A stretch of DNA of 64,000 bases from Myxococcales bacterium (lineage in GTDB: Bacteria > Myxococcota_A > UBA9042 > JABWCM01 > BTVJ01): NCBI GenBank assembly GCA_045863395.1, contig BTVJ01000001.1:256001-320000 (forward strand), given 5' to 3'. Shown here piece by piece: positions 47,687-56,496 of this stretch. How positions within the stretch are numbered: position 1 is the first letter of the stretch; every line of letters begins with the position of its first letter. Under the pieces are notes generated by a model, which saw only the letters and a list, made by a program, of their open reading frames with translations, made no database searches and had not been told where the DNA came from. Both the position numbers and the translations under genes were made by a program.

Positions 47687-47923
47687 GGCGCACCTTAGCA
47701 CGCCGGTTGGGGAGGCGTCGCCCCCGTGAAGGGGGCGCGCGGCGGTGCATCCGGGGTGTTGAAACCAGGGGCCCGCGGGCATGGTCCACCGTCTGCTCTG
47801 GGCGGAGGCGCCCACGTTCCCCACGCGCCTTGCCACTGTACGCCGCGGAGAGTAGCTTCCCGGGCAGCGCGGCCGACCGCGCGCGACGGAGGGAACATGG
47901 GGAGCTTGACCATCGAGCTGGGG

Positions 47924-48832
47924 ATGCGACGCACGGTCTGGGCGATCCTCTGCCTCACCCTGGCCGCCGGCTGCGACAGGGCAACGGACGCACCCGTGAG
48001 CACGCTGGCCGGCCCCGGAGAGGCGTGCGCGGAGACAACGGACTGCGCTGCGGGCCTGGACTGCATCGCGCTCCAGTGCCTGGTCGCCGTCCCGGTCGAT
48101 GCGGCTGCCGGCGTGGACGCTACGGACGCGACCGCGCCGGACGCCCCCTCCCCTGACGCCACCCTCGACATCGCCGACCCCTTCGACGCCGGGCCCCCAA
48201 CCCCGTCATCGAACCCCGACGAGCTGGACGACCAGACCCTGGCGATCTCGGGCCGGGTGCTCTACAGCGGCGACCTGTCGCCCATCGAGGGTGCCCTGGT
48301 GACCGGCACACCGGGGCTGGGCGCGGTGCTCAGCAACAAGAGCGGACAGTACGTGTTCCTGAGCAGCGATCACGCCCCCATCGAGCCCGGGGCGCTCTAC
48401 CAGATCACGGCGAGCCGCGCGGCCTACGAGGACAACTCAGTGGTGGCCACAGCCACGGACGGACACGCCCGAGACGTGGACATCCTGCTCGACGCCTACG
48501 TCCCGAACATCCCCTTCGGAGCGAACCCGAGCGCCCTCGACTTCGACCTCGGTGCCTTCGGCGGGTCCGACACGGCGGTCAAGCAGGTGGTGCTGTTTCT
48601 CACGCCAACCTTCGAGGGCGGCGGCCCGGTCGGGTTCACCATCGCCGTGCAGCCACCTGCGAGCTGGCTGTCGGTCAAGCCTGCGACCGGCCAGGTGGGC
48701 AAGACCCCCTTCACGCTCGTCGTCACGGTGGACCGCACAGGGCTCACCGGCAGCGCTCAGGGCTCCTTCGAGGTGACCCCCTCGACGGGCGACCCCCTCA
48801 GCATCCCTGTGACCGTCACGGCCACGCAGTAA
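47924..48832 (+). CDS. lipoprotein with carboxypeptidase-regulatory-like and BACON-like domains
   Basis: Lipobox AAGC; ISGRV..PIEGA.V; SWLSVKPATG..VTVDRTGL. Confidence 0.7.
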   Translation: MRRTVWAILCLTLAAGCDRATDAPVSTLAGPGEACAETTDCAAGLDCIALQCLVAVPVDAAAGVDATDATAPDAPSPDATLDIADPFDAGPPTPSSNPDELDDQTLAISGRVLYSGDLSPIEGALVTGTPGLGAVLSNKSGQYVFLSSDHAPIEPGALYQITASRAAYEDNSVVATATDGHARDVDILLDAYVPNIPFGANPSALDFDLGAFGGSDTAVKQVVLFLTPTFEGGGPVGFTIAVQPPASWLSVKPATGQVGKTPFTLVVTVDRTGLTGSAQGSFEVTPSTGDPLSIPVTVTATQ

Positions 48833-48967
48833 CCCCCTCGTCCCACGGGCATTGCAGGGGCATGACCCCGGCCCTCCGGAGGCGTCACCCCGTGGGTCGG
48901 GCCCCGACCGTGCACCCTTCCTGGGGCGGGACGGCTCCAACCGCGCCTCTACAAGGGAGGTTCGCCC

Positions 48968-49159
48968 ATGCGCCTGATTGACCTGAAGTGCCGCCACTGC
49001 GGAGCCGTGTTCGAAGAGCTCGTCCGGAGCGACGAGGACACCGGCGCCATCCCCTGCCCCACGTGCGGCGAGCGAGGAGCCGAGAGGCAGATCTCAGCCG
49101 CCGCCGTCGTGGGTGGTCGCTCCTCCTCCAGCTCCTGCGGCGGCGGCCGCTTCTCCTGA
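48968..49159 (+). CDS. FmdB-family zinc-ribbon protein
   Basis: CRHCGAVFE...CPTCG; GGGAGG SD. Confidence 0.85.
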   Translation: MRLIDLKCRHCGAVFEELVRSDEDTGAIPCPTCGERGAERQISAAAVVGGRSSSSSCGGGRFS

Positions 49160-49382
49160 GCGTGAGCGCCGAGCGGCGGTCGCCGCTCCCCGACCACACG
49201 CCCCCTCGAAGTGTGCCCCGGCCGCGCACAGTGCGGCCTGGATAGCCATGGGCGCGTCCGCCGGCCCCCCCGCCGAGGCGGTGGGGAGGGTGCCTCGACG
49301 CCCCCACGGGATGCATCGGCCTCGCTCGCGGGTCGTACCCGGGAGCAGGGGCGCAACTCGTGCGCGCCCCGAGGAGGTTCCG

Positions 49383-49880
49383 ATGAAGACGATGATGGCG
49401 GTCGCAGTGACCGCGCTGTTCCTTGCGGCGCCCCCGGCCCGGGCCGCCGCCTATGGTGGCGGTGACGTGGGGCTGGGTGTCACCCTCGGGAGCCCGACGG
49501 GGCTGGACGCCAAGTTCGGCCTCGGTGGAGTGCACTCCCTGGACGCGACGTTCGGCGTGCACTTCCTGCTGCACGACGCGGTCGGCATCGGGGTCGAGTA
49601 CAACGCCGAGGTGTTCTCCTTCAACGCGGGACCCACGCACAACGGCTTGTACCTGGGCGCCGGTGGGCTGTTCACCTTCCTGAACCACGGCCTCTACCAC
49701 AAGCACCGGGACCACACGGACGTCGGCTTTGGCGTGCGCGTCCCCTTCGGGGTGGACTTCGTGTTCAACCGCGCGCCAGTCAACCTGTTCGCCGAGATCG
49801 CGCCCGGCTTCACCGTCGTGACGAACCACGGCCTCGACTTCCTGTTCGATGTGGCCATTGGCGTGCGGTTCATACTGTGA
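49383..49880 (+). CDS. small outer-membrane beta-barrel protein (DUF3996-like)
   Basis: GLGVTLGSPTGL, GVRVPFG, LFAEIAP and terminal GVRFIL. Confidence 0.75.
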   Translation: MKTMMAVAVTALFLAAPPARAAAYGGGDVGLGVTLGSPTGLDAKFGLGGVHSLDATFGVHFLLHDAVGIGVEYNAEVFSFNAGPTHNGLYLGAGGLFTFLNHGLYHKHRDHTDVGFGVRVPFGVDFVFNRAPVNLFAEIAPGFTVVTNHGLDFLFDVAIGVRFIL

Positions 49881-49929
49881 CGCGCCTGGGAACGGAATTC
49901 GCGGCCGCTCGCCGCTGTTCCGCGCTCCC

Positions 49930-50583
49930 ATGAGCCGACTGTTCTCCATCGCGCTGGTCGCGCTGCTGCTCGGGTGCCGGTCCCAGGCCGAGGCCCCCGC
50001 CCCGGCGGCGCCCGCCCCCCCTCGGGAGCGCACCACCTGGCTGTTCGTGGGCGACTCGCTGACCGCGGGCTACGGGGTGGCGGGCGACGAGATCTACTCG
50101 GCGCACGTGGAGGCCGCGTTCCGGGAGCGGGGGCTCCCCTGGACCGTGCGCAACGCCGGCGTGAGCGGCGACACCACGGCGGGGGTCCTGCGGCGCATCG
50201 ACTGGCTCCTCACGCCTGACGTCCACACCGTGTTCGTGGTCATCGGCGCCAACGACGGCCTGCGCGGGCTGCCCACCGAGGAGGCGCGCAAGAACCTCGG
50301 GGCCATCGTCGATGCGGCCAAAGAGCGGGGTGCCCGGGTCGTCCTGGCCGGGATGAGGCTGCCACCCAACTATGGGGAGGACTACGGGCGCGCCTTCGAG
50401 CAGGTCTACCGTGAGGTCGCGAGCAACAGGAAGGTGCCGCTCATGCCGTTCTTCCTGGAGGGCGTGGGCGGCGTCGACGCGCTCAACCTGCCCGACGGCA
50501 TCCACCCGAACCCCGAGGGGCACGTGGTCATCGCGCGCCATGTGCTGGCCTTCCTCACCGCGGAGTCGCTGCTTGAGCCTTGA
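49930..50583 (+). CDS. tesA: arylesterase / TesA-like SGNH hydrolase lipoprotein
   Basis: GDSL, NAGVSGDTT, GANDGLRG, PPNYG and DGIHPN. Confidence 0.9.
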   Translation: MSRLFSIALVALLLGCRSQAEAPAPAAPAPPRERTTWLFVGDSLTAGYGVAGDEIYSAHVEAAFRERGLPWTVRNAGVSGDTTAGVLRRIDWLLTPDVHTVFVVIGANDGLRGLPTEEARKNLGAIVDAAKERGARVVLAGMRLPPNYGEDYGRAFEQVYREVASNRKVPLMPFFLEGVGGVDALNLPDGIHPNPEGHVVIARHVLAFLTAESLLEP

Positions 50584-51262
50584 CGCCCGCATCCCGCCCG
50601 TCGTGGAGCTGGTCTCCGTCACCAAGCAGCTCGGCCACGGGGCGCAGGCCGTCGTCGTGCTGCGCGGCGCCTCGCTGGCCATCGCCGAGGGGACGACCGC
50701 GGCCGTCCGCGGCCCGAGCGGCAGCGGCAAGACCACGCTCCTCTTGCTGATGGCGGGCCTGGACCAGCCGACGGAGGGGAGCGTGCGCTTCCGCGGGGAG
50801 GCCATCGAGGCCTGGTCGGAGGACCAGCGCAGCGCGTGGCGGCGGGGGCGCGTGGGCTTCGTGTTCCAGGACTTCCGGCTGCTGCCGCGGCTGACCGCCC
50901 TGGAGAACGTCGCCCTGCCGCTGGAGCTGCTCGGCCGGAGCCCGCGGGAGGCGCGGGCGCGGGCGACAGAGCTGCTCGGCGGCCTCGGCCTCGCGAGACG
51001 CCTCGACCACCTGCCGGCGGCGCTCTCCGGCGGGGAGCAGCAGCGCACGGCCATCGCGCGCGCCTTCGCCCACGAGCCCGACGTGGTGTTCGCCGACGAG
51101 CCCACGGGCAACCTGGACCCACGCACGGCGGGTGAGGTGCTCGACCAGCTCCTCGCCACCGTCGCGGCCCACGGCACTACGCTCGTGACGGTCACCCACG
51201 ATGAGGAGGTCGCCGGCCGCATGCAGCGCCAGATCCGCATCGTGGACGGCCGCATCGCGTAG
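50573..51262 (+). CDS. ybbA: ABC ATP-binding protein, YbbA/LolD-like
   Basis: GPSGSGKTT, LSGGEQQR, ADEPTGNLD and VTHD; adjacent to tesA; start uncertain. Confidence 0.8.
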   Translation: MSLDARIPPVVELVSVTKQLGHGAQAVVVLRGASLAIAEGTTAAVRGPSGSGKTTLLLLMAGLDQPTEGSVRFRGEAIEAWSEDQRSAWRRGRVGFVFQDFRLLPRLTALENVALPLELLGRSPREARARATELLGGLGLARRLDHLPAALSGGEQQRTAIARAFAHEPDVVFADEPTGNLDPRTAGEVLDQLLATVAAHGTTLVTVTHDEEVAGRMQRQIRIVDGRIA

Positions 51263-51327
51263 CGGGCCGACGCCCGAGCCGGCGCCGCCTCGCCCTCCCA
51301 CCCGGGGTCAGCGCGCCGCGCGGCCCA
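51095..51327 (+). repeat. 233-bp exact direct repeat, copy 1
   Basis: Identical to 58377-58609 (offset 7282); diverged similarity continues to about 51560. Confidence 0.95.
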
Positions 51328-51665
51328 GGGTGCGGCGCAGGGCCAGGACCTGCTGGAGGTTGGCGAGGATCGTCCGGGCGTTGCGCACCTTGGACTGGCC
51401 GCCGAGGCGCGGGCGCAGCTCCGTCGGCTCGTTGACCCACCGGTGGCCGCCGCGGTCGGCCTTGAGGATCAGCTCCATGAGCACGGTCCAGCCGCGCCCT
51501 CCCACGGTGCGATGGTCGATGGTGTCGAGGAGGGGCCACCGGAACATCAGCGCGCCCTGGAGCACGGCGCACGCCTCCCGAACAACCGCCTCCAGGCATC
51601 AAACCTCGTTTCTGGCCGGGATCCGCGCCGATACGCTCAGCGCCGCCTCCTCTCAACACTGCGCG
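51308..51665 (-). pseudogene. decayed copy of the GT2 gene at 58590-59312
   Basis: Aligns to 58590-58842, then jumps to about 59210 (~370-bp deletion). Confidence 0.88.
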
Positions 51666-51678
51666 CGGCCCTCCTCCG

Positions 51679-52066
51679 TCAGTGCGTCGCGCCGCGCTCC
51701 GCCAGCGCGTGCGACAGAAACAGCAGCCCCGTGGCGTGGACGACCCGCTCGATGCGGATCTCCTGCAGCACGTGCGCGCGCTGGGCATCCGAGAAGGTTG
51801 CGACCGTGGCGCGGAGCTGCGCCAGCTCGCTGCCACCGGCCTCCATCACGGCCTCGGCCCAGCCCAGCGCCGCCGCCACCCCGGTGGAGCGGCCGGCCGC
51901 CTGACCATGGATCGCCCCCTCCGCGGCCGCCGCGTCGATTCCCGCCATGGGGGCCAACTTCGGGAACAGCGCCCGGCACACGGGGCACCCGAGCAGCCTC
52001 GACATGCGCAGGAAGAAGGCGACGCGTCGCTGCCTCGACGCGCCCCTCCCCTACGAAGCCCCTCAG
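51679..52066 (-). pseudogene. truncated, frameshifted copy of the AhpD-like gene at 59327-59818
   Basis: LLGCPVCRALFPKLAPMAG retained; 2-bp loss near 52025; 5' end missing. Confidence 0.85.
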
Positions 52067-52424
52067 GTCCACGCCCGGGACGTTGCCCGCGCCGAAGATG
52101 ACCGGGATATCGTTGTCGACGGCGGCACTCTGAACTTCGGACCAGTTCGCGGTGACCTCAGGCGCCGGTGCATAACAACCCGATTCATCGAGGGTCACGA
52201 TGCGCCCCGCTGGCAGTCTGGTGAGCCCGCAGGCACGGCTTTGTCCTTCCAACCGTCCGATCTCCGGCGCCCAGGCCGCGGGCTGAGACGCCCCGGGTCC
52301 CGGCGTCCGGACAGACCACGCGAACGCCGCCCCGGACTCCCACACCGTCACGCACTCCGTCCTCTTGGGAGATGCGAAGGGTGCCGACCTGAGCACCGCG
52401 TGTCAGGCCCCCGCCTGCCCCGCC
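52066..52424. pseudogene. fragments of the beta-helix gene at 61471-62958, second fragment inverted
   Basis: 52066-52159 matches about 61581-61675; 52259-52424 matches the reverse complement of about 61676-61840. Confidence 0.85.
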
Positions 52425-52620
52425 AAGGCGCCCGTGCACAACAACCTGTGCCATTCGGGCCACGCTGCATCCCGACTGGTAGCCTGGCGAGGCATCGGGG
52501 AGCCGTCACGCGGACGTGGAAGCGCGGACGCGGGACGCGGGGACGCAGCATGGCGGGGCTGCCGAGCCTGGACCAGGCGGCTCCGCCAGCCCTGGCCGTC
52601 GCAGTCGCACCAGATCCCCG

Positions 52621-52719
52621 GGCCAGGACGAGTGTCGCGCCTGGACGATCAAGCGCAGCAGTCGCGCACAGGACGTCGCCGGCAAGATCCACAGCGACAT
52701 CGCGCGAGGCTTCATCCGA
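52621..52719 (+). pseudogene. ychF: ychF (redox-regulated ATPase) internal remnant
   Basis: [33 protein letters not shown] matches the YchF TGS-region motif. Confidence 0.75.
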
Positions 52720-52853
52720 CTGTGGCCTCCCACCCTTGCCGCCCTGACGCGCCACGGCGCTGCCGGTACGCAGCTTCCGGGGCGATACGCGGACACCGTG
52801 CGAAGGCCGGAAAGAATAGAATGCAACCGCCAAACAAGGGACGAAATTCGGCC

Positions 52854-52882
52854 TTGCCACGGCGTGCGTCCGGTGCTAGTCT
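52854..52882 (+). promoter_or_regulatory. putative sigma70 promoter TTGCCA-N17-TAGTCT with extended -10 TG
   Basis: Correct spacing; lies upstream of SD AAGGAGG (52918-52924) and ATG 52930. Confidence 0.6.
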
Positions 52883-52929
52883 TCCAGACCGTCGACAGTC
52901 CAAACTCCCCCAGATTGAAGGAGGCATCC

Positions 52930-55168
52930 ATGTCCCCCCCCCCCCCCCGCCCTGCGCGTCTGGATAGGTCCAGCCGTAGTGCTCATCGTCGTGGCCAACT
53001 GGAGTGACAAGACCCGTGCGAGTGAGCCCAAGTGGACCGAGGTCGAGTCGACAGAAGTCACGCCGGCCGCAAAGGGCGCTGTCGTCGAAGTGGCCCTGAC
53101 TCGTGTCGCCGATGTCGCACAGAAGCTCACCGTAACGGCGCGGGCCAGCACCGGATGGACGTGCAAGGTCGGTGCTGGCGTTGAGGCGCTGGGGACCACC
53201 ACCAAGATTGACGCCATTGCTGGCGCGCCGATCCCGACCCTGATGGTATCACTCGAGCCAACCAACCCGGATGAGAACTTCGACAAGCCGTTCGTCGTCG
53301 TAGACCTGGTCGTCGAGGATGACGCACGCGACCAACGGACCTCCGTGAACCGAATCTTCCTGGTCGACAAGAGTGGCGTGCTCTCGACCACGAGCTACAA
53401 TGCTTATCTGGCAGGGCTGAGCGCAGGAACTGCGGGCGCTTACGCCATCGTGACGCCCGGCTTTTGGGGGCTGGCGCGACAGGAGCTCCAGAACGTCCCC
53501 CCGTGGGAGAATCCGGAGCTGCCAAAGGGCGACTGGGAGCAGCACGCGACGGGTACCGGAAAGCCGAGCGTGGAGACTGCGGCCGTCAGCTCCGCCCTGA
53601 CACAGGGATCCGCGAACGAGTCGACTTCGGGAGCGAGGGACGCGGGCGATGCGATGGGCTGCGCCGCGTCGGGCGGTTCTTCCGGCGGCACCATCCCCTT
53701 CGCCCTTCTCCTCCTCGGCTTGACGTGGAGCTGCCGGAGGCCGCGCCGATTGACAGGCCTCGCACCGGTCATGACGGCCATGCTGATCACGGGAGTGCTC
53801 GGCGGAGCACGAACAGCCCGGGCATCGAGCTGCTACTACTACGGCTACCTCACATTCTGGGATTCGAGAGGCTCGAACTTGCGAGTCGACGAGGCGGGCA
53901 ACCGCCTGGGCGCCTGCGAACCCGCGTTCACATCCTGCAACAGCTTCACACCAGGCTGTTGCTTCGCCGGTATCCCGAACGTCACGATTCACTTGCACAA
54001 GGACAGCCTCAATCCGAACAACATCGTGGCCACCAGCCAGACGGGCAACACCGGGTACTTCCTGCTGGAAGACGCGAACTGCAACCCTTCGGGGGTGCAC
54101 TATCTCAGCGTGGAGTATAGCCGCACCGGCTCACCTGCGACGCAGATCATCACGACAAGTCAATATGGATCGACCGCCTATCGGACGGCGCTCGGAACCC
54201 CGCTCACCGGAACAGCGACGTGGAACTACCTGCCAAACGTGTCCGTGAACAACGCCAACGACACGAACTCATCCACTGGAAATGTAGCGACTACTTGGGC
54301 GACCAGCTACCTGACGTTCAAGTCCCTCGACGCCGAGGGCGAGACACGATACCGCCGCTCCTACGGCAGCAGCAATACCTACGACCTCGTGTTGATGAGG
54401 AACTACCAAGTACCAAAGTCGCAGGCTCTCTGCGGCAGCGAAACCATAGAGATCGACGTTGGTGACGAACGTACCGACACGCCGTCTCATGAGTTCGGAC
54501 ACTCGTTGCACGGGCGCGTGGTCGGCTGCAACGGCGCTCAGCCTGCGTTCCCCGCCGGAGCGTCGAGTTGGGACTGGTCTGGCGGGTCTGAGGGACGAGC
54601 GATCAAGGAGGCGGTGGGAAGCCTCGTGGCGCAGCTCGCGTTCTGGGACCCTTCGACAACGGAGATCCCATCTTTCACGTCCCGGTACCCGTGCTGGGAC
54701 ATGAGCTGGAACACCAATGCCAACGACGCGTCCGTCTCCCGAAACGTCTGGTACGGGCTGTGGGAATATATCGACACCAGCACCAACAATGCGGACAGCT
54801 TCGCTGACTACGTTGACCTGACCCTGAAGGATCTTTTTGATGCCATGGTGCTGTGGCAAGCGTCTCCGGCGCAGAACGGGGTGAACCGGTCATCCGCCGA
54901 GTGGTTCTATACGGCGACAGCGCAGTCCTGCGCTTCCCATCAGGCCTGCTGCGACTACTCCGGCTGCCCCTACCCGGGATCCGTGTGCGAGAACGGCGTT
55001 TGCCAGATTGGCGACCCGCATGGAAACAACGTTCGCGATTGGGTATACTGGATGGCGGTGCAGCAGGGGGCCGGCGAGACGAACTATGCAAGAACGCTCC
55101 CTTCGTCGCCGTGTCTCGGCGTCGAGGACAACACGTGGCCCTTCAACGGCGGCTTCCGGCTTGACTAG
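52930..55168 (+). CDS. frameshifted (poly-C) secreted protein: beta-rich domain, internal MYXO-CTERM-like segment, second signal peptide, HEXXH zinc metalloprotease
   Basis: Long ORF 52979-55168; HEFGHSLH at 54488 with downstream AIKEA; internal [20 protein letters not shown]. Confidence 0.7.
52934..52948 (+). repeat. C15 homopolymer immediately after the start codon
   Basis: ATG T C15 GCCCTG; shifts the ATG out of frame with the long ORF. Confidence 0.9.
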
Positions 55169-55177
55169 GCATCCGCA

Positions 55178-56482
55178 ATGATCGGTCACGATAGGCAGTG
55201 CCTCCTGCACTCTGCCATCATGCTTGTCGCACTTGCTGGATGCGGCGCGTGCGCTGACGCCAGGGGGCCATCGGGTCCCCCAGCATCGTCGCCCTCGGAC
55301 GTCTCACGCGCCAATCTGGACGACGCCCTCTTGCATGATGCTCCCGGCGCTGAGGCAGCAGCATGCTTCACCAATTGTCTGAATCGGACGTGCGGCGACG
55401 ACGGTTGCGGTGGGATCTGCGGGGCCTGCGCGCCGGGGCAGGCATGTCACGGCGGGGCCTGCGCCTGCGAGCCTCGGTGCAGGAAGGACGACGGGAGGTG
55501 CGGGATCGACGGGTGTGGCGGATACTGCCAATGCGCTCCGGGGCGAATCTGCGACGAGGTGGCGGGGGCGTGCCTGGAGCCCGCCGCGTCGTGCAAGGCG
55601 GGCTTCTGTATCATCCCCGCGGGGAGCTTCATCATGGGAGGCCTCGGAGTCGAGGCACCGAAGAACGAGATCCCGCGGCACCCCGTGATCTTGACGCGGT
55701 CCTACGAGATACAGCAGACCGAGACCACCCAGGCGCTCTGGATGGAGGTGACGGACACGGACGTGAACCCGTCGATCTTCGCCGCCTGTGGGCCCGACTG
55801 CCCGGTGACGAATCTGACGTTCTTCGACGCGCTCCTCTTCGCGAACGCGATGAGCGCGAAGGCGGGGCTGCCGCCGTGCTACGAGTTGGTGGAGTGCCAG
55901 GAGCTGTTCGAGGGGTTCGGCGCGGAGTGCGAGGCCGCCCAGTTCGCCGGCCCGGATTGTCCCGGCTACAGACTGCCGTCGGAGGCTGAATGGGAGATGG
56001 CCGCGCGCGCCGGGTCCCACACGTGCTTCCCCGACGGGCAGGATCAGACGGGACCGTGGAGCTGCCACCCGAAGGAGCCGCTGGTCGAGACGGGGTGGTT
56101 CTGTGCCAACAGCGACGTCTCCTTTGCGGGCTGCGTGACGTGCGTCGACGCGCACCCGTCCGCGTTCTGGAACACTTGCTGCGGGCCTCACCCGGTCGCC
56201 GGAAAGGCGCCGAACGCCTATGGGCTGTTCGACACGAGCGGGAACGTCGGGGAGATCACCGGAACGGTCTTCGAGGAGACCGGGCCAAGCGATCTCGAAG
56301 TGGACCCTGGATTCTCTGAACCGTTCAGGGCGGGGCAGACCTTCTCTCTCCGTGGAGGATCGTTCGCATGGGGCAACACCGGTTGCTGCTCGACTACGCG
56401 CCTGGCCATCGGCATGAACTATCAGTCGATCGCGGCCGGTGTTGTCGGTATCCGGCTCGCGCGCACATTGGACCTGCCATGA
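55178..56482 (+). CDS. FGE-sulfatase (SUMF1/C-lectin fold) lipoprotein with Cys-rich repeats
   Basis: Lipobox LAGC; CGDDGCGG repeats; YRLPSEAEWEMAARAG, NAYGLFDTSGNVGE and RGGSF..GIRLAR. Confidence 0.9.
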   Translation: MIGHDRQCLLHSAIMLVALAGCGACADARGPSGPPASSPSDVSRANLDDALLHDAPGAEAAACFTNCLNRTCGDDGCGGICGACAPGQACHGGACACEPRCRKDDGRCGIDGCGGYCQCAPGRICDEVAGACLEPAASCKAGFCIIPAGSFIMGGLGVEAPKNEIPRHPVILTRSYEIQQTETTQALWMEVTDTDVNPSIFAACGPDCPVTNLTFFDALLFANAMSAKAGLPPCYELVECQELFEGFGAECEAAQFAGPDCPGYRLPSEAEWEMAARAGSHTCFPDGQDQTGPWSCHPKEPLVETGWFCANSDVSFAGCVTCVDAHPSAFWNTCCGPHPVAGKAPNAYGLFDTSGNVGEITGTVFEETGPSDLEVDPGFSEPFRAGQTFSLRGGSFAWGNTGCCSTTRLAIGMNYQSIAAGVVGIRLARTLDLP

Positions 56483-56496
56483 GGGAGGCCGCGGAT

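Noticed and set aside
46911..47789. Apparent 1612-aa extension of the cyclase ORF
   Set aside because: The extension is Arg/Pro/Gly-rich off-frame reading of the Cys-repeat lipoprotein gene
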